In this document: piece by piece, positions 28,629 to 39,004 of the stretch
Layout of the letters: each line of letters begins with the position of its first letter
How positions within the stretch are numbered: the stretch's first letter is position 1
Assembly: GCA_965217585.1 (NCBI GenBank)
Contig: OZ244561.1
Span: 6,272,001-6,336,000, forward strand
Source of the DNA: Candidatus Latescibacterota bacterium
Lineage (GTDB): Bacteria > Latescibacterota > UBA2968 > UBA8231
Direction: 5' to 3'
Length of the DNA: 64,000 nt
Translations under genes and position numbers: made by a program
The notes under the pieces: generated by a model
Database searches by the model: none
The model's input: only the letters and a program-made list of their open reading frames with translations
What the model was told of the DNA's origin: nothing

Positions 28629-28676
28629 CGATACACGCTTCCGGAGCTAGGCTTTGGAAGCGTGTATCGGTTTTCT
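28629..28676 (+). terminator. Intrinsic terminator after the giant protein
   Basis: CGATACACGCTTCC / GGAAGCGTGTATCG 14-bp stem followed by GTTTTCT. Confidence 0.75.
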
Positions 28677-28681
28677 CCGCT

Positions 28682-29287
28682 TTGTGCCCTCATCCCACCT
28701 CACTTCCACATAAGCCGGGCGAGTACATAACTATTGTGTCCGGTCTCCCTCGTTCTGGTACCTCGATGCTGATGAAGATGTTGGCTGCGGGCGGATTGCC
28801 GCCTCTAACAGACTACATTCGCGAGGCCGACGCCGACAATCCCGGGGGATATTACGAATTCGAGAAGGTCAAGCAGCTAGAAAAAGACACTGTATGGCTC
28901 GAATCGGCGAGGGGTAAAGCCGTCAAGGTCATATCCCAATTGCTCGACCAATTGCCGCTCCACAAGCCGTACAAAATCGTATTTGCCCTCCGGAGAATGG
29001 ACGAGATTTTGGCTTCTCAGCGGGCGATGTTAGCGCGACGAGGACAGGTCTGCGATCGAGTTTCCGACGCCGAGATGGCCGCCGCCTTCGGTCGACACTT
29101 GAGCTCAGTGCAACAGTGGTTGGCCGAGCACCAGCAGATGGAGGTGCTCTATGTCAACTACGCCGCAGTCTTGCACGACCCGATCACCACAAGCCACGAG
29201 ATCAAGACCTTTCTCGCCCTTCCCTTAGATGTGCGTCAAATGGCTAGCGTGGTAGACGAAAGTCTATACCGCCAACGCATATCCTGA
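28682..29287 (+). CDS. Sulfotransferase family protein
   Basis: PAPS-binding loop IVSGLPRSGTSMLM, DNPGGYYE, R-x6-SQ motif; start uncertain. Confidence 0.8.
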   Translation: MCPHPTSLPHKPGEYITIVSGLPRSGTSMLMKMLAAGGLPPLTDYIREADADNPGGYYEFEKVKQLEKDTVWLESARGKAVKVISQLLDQLPLHKPYKIVFALRRMDEILASQRAMLARRGQVCDRVSDAEMAAAFGRHLSSVQQWLAEHQQMEVLYVNYAAVLHDPITTSHEIKTFLALPLDVRQMASVVDESLYRQRIS

Positions 29288-29338
29288 CGGCTTATCGAGT
29301 CCTTCTCACCAACCTTACCGACCAACTGTATAACTTGT

Positions 29339-31135
29339 ATGGGTATCGAGCAGATTCGCAATTTCTCCATCATTGCCCACATTGATCACGGTAAATCAAC
29401 GCTAGCGGACCGCCTGCTTGAAAAAACTGCGACCCTGACCGCCAAGCAGATGCAGGAGCAGGTCCTCGACAACATGGATTTAGAGCGCGAGCGGGGCATT
29501 ACAATCAAAGCTCATGCCGTGCGAATGCGCTATCAGGCGGCCGACGGTAGAGTTTGCCAATTCAACTTGATCGACACGCCGGGACACGTGGATTTTACCT
29601 ATGAGGTGTCGCGCAGTTTGGCCGCCTGCGAAGGGGCGATATTGGTCGTCGATGCCACACAGGGCGTAGAAGCCCAGACCGTAAGTAATCTGCTGTTGGC
29701 GCTAAACAGCGACTTAGTCGTCATCCCGGTGCTCAACAAAATCGACATGCCCGCTGCTCAGGTTGCAGCGGTGCAGCAGCAAGTGCTCGATCTACTGGGG
29801 GGTGAAGCCGAAGATATTTTGCAAATCAGCGCCAAGGAGGGGATTGGGGTCGAGGAGGTGATGGAAGCTATTGTCGACCGTATCCCACCGCCGACCGGGC
29901 GTCAGCAGGGGCCGTTGCGGGTACTGGTCTTTGATTCGCTCTACGACCAGTACCGAGGTGTAATTTGCTTCATCCGAGTCGTTGATGGGCGCATCCACAA
30001 GGGGCAGAAAATTCGCTTCTACTCCACCGGACGGCTCTACGAAGTCGAAGAAGTCGGCCATTTGGTCTTAAACCGGGTGCCGGCCCAAGCACTTGAGACC
30101 GGTGAAGTCGGCTATTTCATCGCTGGAATCAAAGAGCTGGCCGAGGCCCACGTCGGTGACACGGTCGTTGATGCAGAGGCGGAAGTGGAGCCGTTGCCTG
30201 GGTACCAACCGCTCAAACCCATGGTTTTCAGCGGCCTTTATCCCGTTGTCCCAGAGGACTATGAGGTGCTGCGCGACGCCTTAGAGCGGTTCAAGCTCAA
30301 CGACGCCGCGTTCTCCTACGAGCCGGAGACCTCCCCAGCGTTGGGCTTTGGTTTTCGCTGCGGCTTCCTAGGTCTACTGCACATGGAGATCGTGCAGGAG
30401 CGCCTCGACCGCGAATACCAAGTCGAAATCATCACTACTCTGCCCAATGTGCTCTACGAGATTCTGACCAAGGAGGGTCAATTAATCGACGTGGATAATC
30501 CCTCTTTGTTGCCGCCTGCCGCTGAGATCGACGAGGTGCGCGAGCCGATTCTCGCCGTCCAGATCTTGGTGCCGAGGGATTATATCGGCGCAGTGATGAA
30601 AATCTGCACCGACCGGCGCGGGAGCTACCGCAATACCGAGTATCTCGACGGCAGCCGGGCTATCCTGAGCTTTGAGATGCCTCTAGCCGAAGTGGTGATT
30701 GACTTCTATGATCGCCTCAAGTCGGTGTCACGGGGCTATGCGTCATTCGATTACGAGCATCTGGAGATGCGGGCCGACTTACTGTCTAAGCTCGACATTA
30801 TGATCAATGGCGAGCCGCTGGACGCGCTCTCAGTGATCATCCATCGCGACAAGGCCTATGAGTGGGGCCGGCAGCTCTGCACTAAGCTCAAGGAGCTGAT
30901 CCCGCGGCAGATGTTCGAGGTAGTCATCCAAGGGGCGGTGGGGAGTAAGGTGATCGCCCGCGAAGTGGTCAAGCCGTTCCGCAAAAATGTGACGGCCAAG
31001 TGCTATGGCGGTGATGTAACTCGTAAACGCAAATTGCTCGAAAGGCAAAAGGAAGGCAAGAAGCGCATGAAGCAGTTTGGGAAGGTGGAAATTCCCCAGG
31101 AAGCGTTTTTGGCCGCGCTCAAGATGGAAGCCTGA
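29339..31135 (+). CDS. lepA: Translation elongation factor 4
   Basis: [57 protein letters not shown]. Confidence 0.98.
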   Translation: MGIEQIRNFSIIAHIDHGKSTLADRLLEKTATLTAKQMQEQVLDNMDLERERGITIKAHAVRMRYQAADGRVCQFNLIDTPGHVDFTYEVSRSLAACEGAILVVDATQGVEAQTVSNLLLALNSDLVVIPVLNKIDMPAAQVAAVQQQVLDLLGGEAEDILQISAKEGIGVEEVMEAIVDRIPPPTGRQQGPLRVLVFDSLYDQYRGVICFIRVVDGRIHKGQKIRFYSTGRLYEVEEVGHLVLNRVPAQALETGEVGYFIAGIKELAEAHVGDTVVDAEAEVEPLPGYQPLKPMVFSGLYPVVPEDYEVLRDALERFKLNDAAFSYEPETSPALGFGFRCGFLGLLHMEIVQERLDREYQVEIITTLPNVLYEILTKEGQLIDVDNPSLLPPAAEIDEVREPILAVQILVPRDYIGAVMKICTDRRGSYRNTEYLDGSRAILSFEMPLAEVVIDFYDRLKSVSRGYASFDYEHLEMRADLLSKLDIMINGEPLDALSVIIHRDKAYEWGRQLCTKLKELIPRQMFEVVIQGAVGSKVIAREVVKPFRKNVTAKCYGGDVTRKRKLLERQKEGKKRMKQFGKVEIPQEAFLAALKMEA

Positions 31136-31191
31136 TTTATGAGCAAGAGGCGTACTCGCCGGCCCTGCGTCCCCTAATCCCGAAAAAGTAA

Positions 31192-32325
31192 ATGATGGCG
31201 TTGGGTCTCTATATCCACGTACCGTTTTGCCCCCAACGCTGCCCCTACTGCGCCTTTGCTACGGTCGTTGGCCAAGGGGAGCGCCACGGTCTATATGCCG
31301 AGGCGATCTGCTGCGAAATGGAGTCTTGGGCCCATTTATCGGGGCCGGTGGATACCGTGTTCTTGGGCGGAGGCACCCCCAGCCAAATTGAGCCGGCGCT
31401 AATTGGGCAGATGCTCGAGGCGGCTCAGCGTCATTTGGGGCTACATTCAGACGCGGAAATTGCAGTTGAAGTCAACCCCGGAACCGTTGACCGCGAGAAA
31501 TTCGCAACGCTAAAGGCGCTGGGGTGCAACCGCATAAGCATTGGCGCGCAGGCTTTTCGCGATGCCGATCTGCGGCACTTGGGCCGACAGCATAGCGCGG
31601 CCGATGTCGAAAGGGCGTATGCAGCGGCCAGAGCGGCCGGTTTTGCCAATGTGAGCTTGGACTTGGTGGCCAATGTACCTGGAGGCTCAGAGGCCAATTG
31701 GCACTTTAGCGTCGAGCGGGCTATCGCCTTGGCCCCAGAGCACCTTTCGGTCTATAGCCTCATCATTGAAGAAGGCACGATCTTCGCCCAACGACAGCGT
31801 CAGGGCCTGCTGGAACCCGTCGCGGACGACTGGCAGGCTCGTACCTTGGAATGGACCGACGTGCGGTTGGTGGCGGCTGGCTATGAACACTACGAGGTTT
31901 CAAACTACGCCCGTCTTGGGTACCGCTCGCTCCACAACTGGGGCTACTGGACGGGTGTTCCTTACTTAGGTGTTGGGCTCGGGGCCCATAGCTTCATCGA
32001 TGGGAAGCGATTTTGGAATACACGTGATCTCAATGCCTATCTCGACGCTATGGACCAAGGCTGGTCGCCGTGCGCAGGGGAAGAGACCATAGCCTCGGAC
32101 ACGGCCCGCAGGGAACGTCTATGGTTGGGTTTGCGCACCATAGAGGGGATTGAATTGACCGAAGAAGAGGTCGGTCGCGTGCAGAGCAGCAGGCGCTTTG
32201 CCGATTTGGCGAAAGTTGGATATGCTGTGCTCAAAGACCAGAGATTGAGTTTGACTCGGGCGGGGTTTTTGCTGGCTGACGCCCTGAGCTTGGAGTTGGA
32301 CCGGATCGTGGAAGAGGGGCAATAG
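31192..32325 (+). CDS. hemW: Radical SAM heme chaperone HemW
   Basis: LYIHVPFCPQRCPYC, GGGTPS, HYEVSNYA, HNWGYW, YLGVGLGAHS; follows lepA. Confidence 0.9.
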   Translation: MMALGLYIHVPFCPQRCPYCAFATVVGQGERHGLYAEAICCEMESWAHLSGPVDTVFLGGGTPSQIEPALIGQMLEAAQRHLGLHSDAEIAVEVNPGTVDREKFATLKALGCNRISIGAQAFRDADLRHLGRQHSAADVERAYAAARAAGFANVSLDLVANVPGGSEANWHFSVERAIALAPEHLSVYSLIIEEGTIFAQRQRQGLLEPVADDWQARTLEWTDVRLVAAGYEHYEVSNYARLGYRSLHNWGYWTGVPYLGVGLGAHSFIDGKRFWNTRDLNAYLDAMDQGWSPCAGEETIASDTARRERLWLGLRTIEGIELTEEEVGRVQSSRRFADLAKVGYAVLKDQRLSLTRAGFLLADALSLELDRIVEEGQ

Positions 32326-32350
32326 GCCGTGCTTGGATCTGGTAAGAAAT

Positions 32351-32385
32351 AAAAAGGCCGTATCCCAAAGGGAACGGCCTTTTTT
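32351..32385. terminator. Bidirectional terminator between hemW and tRNA-Tyr
   Basis: AAAAAGGCCGT.TCCC-AAA-GGGA.ACGGCCTTTTT, with A-run before and T-run after. Confidence 0.8.
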
Positions 32386-32391
32386 AGTTAG

Positions 32392-32477
32392 TGGTGGGGG
32401 GAGCAGGATTTGAACCTGCGAAGGCATAAGCCAACAGATTTACAGTCTGCCCCGTTTGACCGCTTCGGTATCCCCCC
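32392..32477 (-). tRNA. tRNA-Tyr (GTA)
   Basis: GGGGGGA/TCCCCCC acceptor stem, GCAGA-CTGTAAA-TCTGT anticodon arm, long variable arm, GGTTCAAATCC, CCA; 86 nt. Confidence 0.96.
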
Positions 32478-32486
32478 GGCAGATTC

Positions 32487-33335
32487 TCAGGTGCCGCTAG
32501 CCAGCGTTTTAAGCACTTGGTGCCGCGAAGGATGGCGCAGCTTGCTGAGGGCCCGCTCTTTGAGCTGGCGGATGCGCTCACGCGTGAGATTCATCATGTC
32601 GCCGATTTCCTCGAGCGTCAGGGCCTCGTTGCCGTCGAGGCCAAAATAGAGCCTGATAATGCGCAATTCGCGCTCCTCGAGGGTTTCCAAGGCCGTCTCG
32701 AGCTGCTCCCGTGCCGATTCGCTCAAGATGTCGGCGTCCGGGGGTGCGGCCGTATTGTCGGCCAAGGTGTTGAGCAGGCTGCGCTCGTCGTCGTCGGTAA
32801 AGGACTCATCGAGCGAACACACGGCGCGGGCGCTGAGGATGGTCTCTAGAACCTCTTCGGCTGGGACTTCGAGTTCAGCGGCGATTTCCTCTATGTCAGG
32901 CTCACTAGCGCGATGTTGGCCCAATTTGCGCGAGGCTTTGGAAATATCCTTGAGTAAGCTGACTTTGTTGAGAGGAAGGCGCACGGTGCGCACGTGCTCG
33001 GCGAGAGTTTGGAGAATGGACTGGCGGATCCACCAAACCGCGTATGAAATGAATTTGTAACCCTTGGTGCCGTCGAAGCGGTCGGCCGCCGTGATGAGGC
33101 CGAGATTGCCGGCGCTAATCAGGTCGGATAGGGATAACCCGCGGTTTTGGTATTTCTTGGCTACATCGACGACAAACCGCAAATTGGCGCTGATCATTTC
33201 TTCGCGGGCATGCATATCACCATTTTTTATGCGATCGGCTAGTTCTACTTCGCGTTCCCTCGAAAGGGGCGTGGACTCAGCAATATCGTCGAAATAGAGT
33301 CGCAGGGTGTTTTCTTCGTCGTGCAGATTTTGCAT
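32487..33335 (-). CDS. RpoD/SigA-family sigma factor lacking region 1.1
   Basis: ANLRFVVDVAKKY, DLISAGNLGL, KFISYAVWWIRQ, RTVRLP, TLEEIG...LTRERIRQ; start MQNL after SD GAGAGG. Confidence 0.93.
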   Translation of the reverse strand: MQNLHDEENTLRLYFDDIAESTPLSREREVELADRIKNGDMHAREEMISANLRFVVDVAKKYQNRGLSLSDLISAGNLGLITAADRFDGTKGYKFISYAVWWIRQSILQTLAEHVRTVRLPLNKVSLLKDISKASRKLGQHRASEPDIEEIAAELEVPAEEVLETILSARAVCSLDESFTDDDERSLLNTLADNTAAPPDADILSESAREQLETALETLEERELRIIRLYFGLDGNEALTLEEIGDMMNLTRERIRQLKERALSKLRHPSRHQVLKTLASGT

Positions 33336-33457
33336 AGAGCCTCTCATCTTTGACGTACAAAGAGCTGCCTGCGCGGCAGGTCTTCCCCTACACCATAGCA
33401 CCGAAATGCTCTCGGTACAAATGGTAAGCGTAGCATAGTTATAGGCGAAACTAACTG

Positions 33458-33486
33458 ATTATACATAAGGAGCAGCGCTGCGTCAA
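33458..33486 (-). promoter_or_regulatory. Strong sigma70 promoter of the sigma factor/tRNA-Tyr unit
   Basis: Minus strand TTGACG-17 nt-TATAAT. Confidence 0.75.
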
Positions 33487-33512
33487 GTCGTTTGCAAGCG
33501 CACTTGCATGTC

Positions 33513-34673
33513 TTAAGCGAGATGGCGGTACTCGCCGGCTTCATCCCAATCCACTAGGCTGCGGCCGTTTAGGTCCCAGACGACGCGGCCTGCTCTCAGC
33601 GTTAGCTCGCATTCGAGTTTTTGCTGGCCCCGCATGCGTGCCCGGCCCGAATCGACAAAGGCAAAATCTCCTTCGTGCAGGGCGAAAGCCGCTAGATCGG
33701 CTTCGGCCCCGACACTGAGATGGCCTAGCTGCGGGTGCCTGATTACCTCGGCTGGTCTGTGCGTCGAGCGATAGACGACCTCTTGGAGGGGCATGCCGAG
33801 GCTCAGGAATTTGGACATGGTTATGGGCATGGTGGCGTTGGGCAGCATGCGGCTGGACTTGTGTAGATCCGTGCTGATGGTATCCGGGGGGAAGTTTTGG
33901 GCCATGGCGGGCACGGCAATGCGAAACCAAAAGGAGCCGCCGCCGTGGCCTGTATCAAAGACGATGCCGCGCTGTCGGGCTTGGCGTACGTAGTCTGCGA
34001 CTCGTTTGTCCGCGTCGAGCAGGGGAATGTGGGCGGCGTAGAGATGCGTGTGGATATCTCCTGGACTCATGCGCTCGAGCAATTCCTCGTACGAGCGAGT
34101 GGGCTGGGGGGCAAAGTCAATCATGGCGATGGAATTGCTCTGTCGCGCCGCCTCGATCGCGCCACCAGCCGACTCCCAACCTGGACCGCCGAAGTGGGCT
34201 GATTTGGAACCGACGACGTGCTCGCGGTATTGCTCGAGCGCCGCGGCACAGAGCGCGGGGTCCATTTCGCTAATGTCTTGTTCGGGTGGGCCGATCATGC
34301 CAGCACCGACTATATTGACAAAGGCCAAGACTCGGGTCTGGGCGGGATCGATGATGGAGTGCTTGAAGTCGGCAAAATCCTTCCACCCAGCGCCGCCTGT
34401 ATCTACTACAGTGGTCACGCCGTAGGGCAGGGCGTGTTGGTCGGGAAAGAGCCAACCCCCATACCCCCCATAGACATGGACGTGGATATCGATTAAGCCC
34501 GGGGTGACATAGAGGCCGGACACGTCGACAACCTTTGCTGAACTGCACTCGATCCGGTCGGCGACCGCAGCGACTAACCCGTCCTTGAGGGCAATATCGG
34601 CTGGGCCGTCGAGGTCGTTTTTGGGATCGATGAGGTGCCCCCCTTGGATGATGAGATCAAAGTCGCCGCTCAT
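33513..34673 (-). CDS. Amidohydrolase/deacetylase family metallohydrolase (dihydroorotase-like)
   Basis: PGLIDIHVH, GVTTVVDTG, PGDIHTH, DTGHGGGSF, PDTISTDLH; start MSGDFD after SD AAAGGA. Confidence 0.88.
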   Translation of the reverse strand: MSGDFDLIIQGGHLIDPKNDLDGPADIALKDGLVAAVADRIECSSAKVVDVSGLYVTPGLIDIHVHVYGGYGGWLFPDQHALPYGVTTVVDTGGAGWKDFADFKHSIIDPAQTRVLAFVNIVGAGMIGPPEQDISEMDPALCAAALEQYREHVVGSKSAHFGGPGWESAGGAIEAARQSNSIAMIDFAPQPTRSYEELLERMSPGDIHTHLYAAHIPLLDADKRVADYVRQARQRGIVFDTGHGGGSFWFRIAVPAMAQNFPPDTISTDLHKSSRMLPNATMPITMSKFLSLGMPLQEVVYRSTHRPAEVIRHPQLGHLSVGAEADLAAFALHEGDFAFVDSGRARMRGQQKLECELTLRAGRVVWDLNGRSLVDWDEAGEYRHLA

Positions 34674-34827
34674 AATGGCCGTCCTTTCGCCCGTGGGCCG
34701 TGTGTTGGAAGCAAAGCCGTAGAATAACCAGCGGGCCACGGTGGGATCAAGGGCTGGTCTCGCATTGCACAAAGAGAATTTTTTTGGCAGATTTTCTTTG
34801 TCTAAAAACTGCCTTTAGGAGGAATAC

Positions 34828-35817
34828 ATGGTACGCACTGTGAAAGTAGCCGTCACCGGGGCGGCTGGCCAGATCGGCTACGCTATTTTGCCGCGTTTAG
34901 CCTCGGGCGAGGTTTTCGGCCGCGACGTCCGGGTTTCGCTGCATTTGCTGGAGATTACTCCGGCGCTCAAAGCTCTAGAAGGCGTAGTTATGGAGCTCGA
35001 CGACTGCGCCTTTCCGCTTCTCGACGACATTGTGATCACCGATCAAGCCGAAGTGGCTTTTGACGGGATCAATTGGGGCCTGCTAATCGGCTCCAAGCCG
35101 CGTGGTCCCGGTATGGAGCGGGGCGACTTAATTCGGGAAAACGGCCCGATATTCGTCGGTCAAGGTCAGGCTCTCGCCCGAGCCGCCGCCGATGTGCGGG
35201 TCTTGGTGGTGGGCAATCCGGCCAATACCAATGGCTTGATTGCCATGAGCCACGGCCATAAGGCCGGCATCCCCCGCGACCGCTTCCACGCCATGACCCG
35301 ACTGGATCAAAATCGCGCCCAAGCCCAGCTCGCCAACAAGGCTGGAGTCAAGGTCGCAGCGGTGACCAATATGGCCATTTGGGGCAACCACAGCGCCACG
35401 CAGTACCCGGATGCCGAGAACGCGCGCATTGAGGGGCGCCCGGCGCATGATGTTATAGGCCACCACGCATGGTTGCGAGAGGAATTCATCCAGATCGTCC
35501 AGCAGCGGGGCGCGGCCGTCATCGACGCCCGTGGCTTATCGTCGGCCGCGTCGGCTGCCAATGCTGCGCTCGACCACATCGTCAGCGTGGAGAGCGTCAC
35601 GTCTGCGGGCGATTTTTTTTCGGCAGGCGTCTATTCGGACGGTAGCTACGGGATTGACGAGGGGTTGATGTTCTCCTTTCCCATTCGCAGCGACGGTCAA
35701 GGCCACTGGGAGATCGTGCAGGGCTTGGAGTTGAGCGATTTTGCCCGCGCGAAGATCAAGGCCACCGAAGACGAGCTCAAAGAGGAGCGCTCGATCATCG
35801 CCGACCTCTTGGGCTGA
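34828..35817 (+). CDS. mdh: Malate dehydrogenase
   Basis: [61 protein letters not shown]. Confidence 0.96.
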   Translation: MVRTVKVAVTGAAGQIGYAILPRLASGEVFGRDVRVSLHLLEITPALKALEGVVMELDDCAFPLLDDIVITDQAEVAFDGINWGLLIGSKPRGPGMERGDLIRENGPIFVGQGQALARAAADVRVLVVGNPANTNGLIAMSHGHKAGIPRDRFHAMTRLDQNRAQAQLANKAGVKVAAVTNMAIWGNHSATQYPDAENARIEGRPAHDVIGHHAWLREEFIQIVQQRGAAVIDARGLSSAASAANAALDHIVSVESVTSAGDFFSAGVYSDGSYGIDEGLMFSFPIRSDGQGHWEIVQGLELSDFARAKIKATEDELKEERSIIADLLG

Positions 35818-35818
35818 T

Positions 35819-36562
35819 ATGTTCCAAGATCCCAAGCGCTACCAAGCCAAACACCACTATGTCACCGCCGCAGGTACCGACTTGGTGGGGGTCTTGGACC
35901 CCCAAGCCGGCGAGCGCGTCCTCGACTTGGGATGCGGCACCGGTCAACTGAGTGCCCAGATCGCCGCAGCCGGGGCTGAGGTTGTGGGCATCGACTTGTC
36001 GGCCGAGATGATCGAGGTCGCCCGCGAGCAGTTCCCGGCCCTATCTTTTGTCGCCGCCGATGCGAGGGATTTCTTCTTTGCCGAGCCGTTCAATGCTGTC
36101 TTTTCCAACGCAGCTCTGCACTGGGTCAAGCCGCCGGAAGCGGCACTTGCGTGTATTGTCGCCTGTCTGGAGCAGGGCGGGCGTTTTGTCGCCGAGTTGG
36201 GCGGTGCTCGAAATGTGGCCACCATCCGCCGGGCGCTAACCGACCAGTTGGCCGCTCGGGGCTTTTATCCGCAATCGCCTTGGTATTTTCCCAGCTTGGG
36301 AGAGTACGCGCGGCTCGTGGAGCAGGCTGGGCTACGCGTTGCTTATGCCAGCCACTTTCCCCGTCCAACGCCCCTAGCGGGAGAGAGCGGGTTGCGCGAC
36401 TGGATGGAGATGTTCGCTGGGACGCTTACAAAGGGCGTCCCCCCGTCGATACGAGAAGAGCTATTCGCCGCGGTGGAGGACGCCGTTCGCTCGGCATTGT
36501 ACAGCGATGGGGTCTGGTGCGCCGACTACTGGCGTCTGCGCGTAGTCGCCTATAAAGAGTAA
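35819..36562 (+). CDS. Class I SAM-dependent methyltransferase (trans-aconitate MTase-like)
   Basis: VLDLGCGTG, VFSNAALHW, ADYWRLR. Confidence 0.88.
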   Translation: MFQDPKRYQAKHHYVTAAGTDLVGVLDPQAGERVLDLGCGTGQLSAQIAAAGAEVVGIDLSAEMIEVAREQFPALSFVAADARDFFFAEPFNAVFSNAALHWVKPPEAALACIVACLEQGGRFVAELGGARNVATIRRALTDQLAARGFYPQSPWYFPSLGEYARLVEQAGLRVAYASHFPRPTPLAGESGLRDWMEMFAGTLTKGVPPSIREELFAAVEDAVRSALYSDGVWCADYWRLRVVAYKE

Positions 36563-36578
36563 GTTTAGCCGCTATTTT

Positions 36579-37238
36579 ATGAAGTCGAGCCACGTGATTT
36601 GGGACTGGAACGGCACCTTGGTGGACGATGCTTGGCTGTGCGTCGAGATCGTCAATGAGCTGTTGGCGCACCGCGGACTAGCGCCGACCACGCCGTGCAA
36701 ATACAGCGAGGTCTTCGGGTTTCCCCTGCGGACCTACTACCAGCTCGTAGGCTTTGACTTAGAGCGCGAGGACTTTGCGGTCATGGGCGACGAATTCAAC
36801 ATCCTCTACAGCCAGCGCCGCCGCGAGTGCCGTTTGCGCGAGGGAACGCGCGAAGTGCTGGCCGCACTGGGCCGCAACGGGATCGGACAATCCCTCTTAT
36901 CCGCCTACGACCAAGTGTCCCTCGAAGAAATGGTCGCTCACTACGGGCTGCGCTCCCACTTTGCCGCAGCCGCCGGGGTGGATAATGGCTTGGGGGAGGG
37001 GAAAATCGAGCGCGCACATCGGCACCTTGCGGACCTCAACTGCCGGGGCGATGAAGTCTTGCTCGTCGGCGATACTCTACACGACATAGAGGTGGCCGCC
37101 GCGCTAGGAGTCCATTGCGTCCTGCTGCCTTCCGGCCACCAGAGTCGGCGTCGGTTGGAGCTGGGGGAGTGCGCCGTGGTGGATGGGCTTTTTGCAGTGG
37201 CCGCTTTGCTGGACCTAAAAGGAGATATCTATGACTGA
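36579..37238 (+). CDS. HAD family hydrolase
   Basis: IWDWNGTLVDD, LLSA, VGDTLHD. Confidence 0.9.
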   Translation: MKSSHVIWDWNGTLVDDAWLCVEIVNELLAHRGLAPTTPCKYSEVFGFPLRTYYQLVGFDLEREDFAVMGDEFNILYSQRRRECRLREGTREVLAALGRNGIGQSLLSAYDQVSLEEMVAHYGLRSHFAAAAGVDNGLGEGKIERAHRHLADLNCRGDEVLLVGDTLHDIEVAAALGVHCVLLPSGHQSRRRLELGECAVVDGLFAVAALLDLKGDIYD

Positions 37239-38130
37239 AACGTGGCGCGGAATTATGCCGATTGTGGTGACCCCCTTTACCGATAGCTATTCGCTGGATG
37301 AAGCGGCCTTGCGGGATTTGGTCGCCTTCAGTATTGAAGCGGGTGCCACGGGCTTGGTGGGGCCGGCTAATGCCAGCGAATTTTCGACCCTTTCCGATGA
37401 TGAACGCCGTCGCTGGATCGAGATTGTCGTCGCCGTGGCCGATGGCCGAGTACCGGTAGTGGCCTCGATTACCTCGGGCCACGCCGTGCCGGCCGTGGCT
37501 CTCGCTCAGTTTGCTCAAGCTACGGGAGCCGACGGGATCATGTCCATGCCGCCGCACGTATTGCGCGTTGACCAAGAAGGCTGCTACGCCTTTTACCAGC
37601 AGTTGGCGGCCGCGGTTGAGATCCCGATCTGCGTGCAGAATTTCGACGCGCCAGTCGGTACGCCCATGAGCGGCGAACTATTGGGGCGGATGTGCCGCGA
37701 GCTGACTGGCGTCGATTACATCAAGGAAGAGACCGTCCCCGAGCCTTGGCAGGTCAGCCGCACATTGGCGCTGGCTGGCGCGGCCTGCAAGGGCGTATTG
37801 GGTGGCAAAGGGGGAGTCTATTTGCTCGACGAATATCGACGCGGTGCCTGCGGCAATATGCCGGGCTGTCACATGACCGACGTCATGGCGGCGATCTGGG
37901 ATGCCCTTGAAGCAGGCGACGAGGCAACGGCGCGTGTGCGCTTCTATCAACTTCTGCCGCTGATGAATTACGAGCGGCTCTACGGGCTGGCGATCTACAA
38001 GTGGATTCTACAAAAGCGCGGGTTGATCCGCTCGGCGGTTTGCCGGGCACCCGTGCCCGTCCTCGACGGCGACGCACTGACCGAGTTGGAGATCATTTGG
38101 GACGGCGTTGAGCCACTTTTGCGGGGGTGA
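37231..38130 (+). CDS. Dihydrodipicolinate synthase family protein
   Basis: GIMPIVVTPF, ANASEF, DYIKEE (Schiff-base Lys), GNMPG. Confidence 0.88.
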   Translation: MTETWRGIMPIVVTPFTDSYSLDEAALRDLVAFSIEAGATGLVGPANASEFSTLSDDERRRWIEIVVAVADGRVPVVASITSGHAVPAVALAQFAQATGADGIMSMPPHVLRVDQEGCYAFYQQLAAAVEIPICVQNFDAPVGTPMSGELLGRMCRELTGVDYIKEETVPEPWQVSRTLALAGAACKGVLGGKGGVYLLDEYRRGACGNMPGCHMTDVMAAIWDALEAGDEATARVRFYQLLPLMNYERLYGLAIYKWILQKRGLIRSAVCRAPVPVLDGDALTELEIIWDGVEPLLRG

Positions 38131-38134
38131 AATA

Positions 38135-39004
38135 GTGGATACCTATCAACAGTGCATTGAGCGCGACGGCTTTTGCGTTATCGAGCAAGTGATTCCCGAG
38201 GCCGTGGTCGGGGAGATATGCGCCGAGCTGGCGGCCGAGGTCGAGCGCAATCGCCAACATTCCGAAGCCAAGTTGGCCGAAATTCGCCGCCGCGGCCACC
38301 GGATCGGCACCCCAGGCGTGGCCCAGCTCAAACAAGTCATCAATCAGGTGCAATCCTTTGCTCCGTACCTGGCCGACCGCCGGCTCCTAGCGGTAATCGA
38401 GTCTTTTTTCGGGGCTTGGGCGCGGATTTCCTGCACCGACTGCGTGATCAATCACCCGGGTAATGCTCGGGGCTATTGGCACGCCGATTGGCCCTACAAC
38501 TCAACCAACGCCTCGCACATCCCCGCGCCGTATCCAGACGCGGTTTTGCACCTTTCGACCATCTGGATGCTGACGCCGTTTGCCCCTGAGACAGGGGGGA
38601 CTCTCGTGGTGCCGGGCAGTCACCGCTGGCCGCGCAATCCAGCAGCCGGGGACATGCCCGAAATGGATCGGGACGCGCCCTATCCGACCGAGTGCCAGAT
38701 CGAAGGGGCGGCCGGCAGCGTCTTGGTGTACGACAGCCGGCTTTGGCACGCTGTGGCCCCCAACCGTAGCGCAAGCGATCGCGTCGCCCTCATCGTGCGC
38801 TACGCTCCGTGGTGGCTGAACCTGAATCCCACGCTCATCGGCCGGTCCGAACACGAGGCTATGGTGGTGGAGACCGGAGGCAAAAACTACGAGATGATGC
38901 CGCTTGAGCGGGAAGTTTTTGACCGGTTGCCCGCAGCCGTTAAGCCTCTATATCGCCATTGGGTTGCGCAATCTGCCCGGCCTGATGAAGTGCGCGGGCA
39001 CTGA
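38135..39004 (+). CDS. Phytanoyl-CoA dioxygenase family protein
   Basis: YWHADWP, GGTLVVPGSH, DSRLWH...N...R; GTG start. Confidence 0.9.
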   Translation: MDTYQQCIERDGFCVIEQVIPEAVVGEICAELAAEVERNRQHSEAKLAEIRRRGHRIGTPGVAQLKQVINQVQSFAPYLADRRLLAVIESFFGAWARISCTDCVINHPGNARGYWHADWPYNSTNASHIPAPYPDAVLHLSTIWMLTPFAPETGGTLVVPGSHRWPRNPAAGDMPEMDRDAPYPTECQIEGAAGSVLVYDSRLWHAVAPNRSASDRVALIVRYAPWWLNLNPTLIGRSEHEAMVVETGGKNYEMMPLEREVFDRLPAAVKPLYRHWVAQSARPDEVRGH

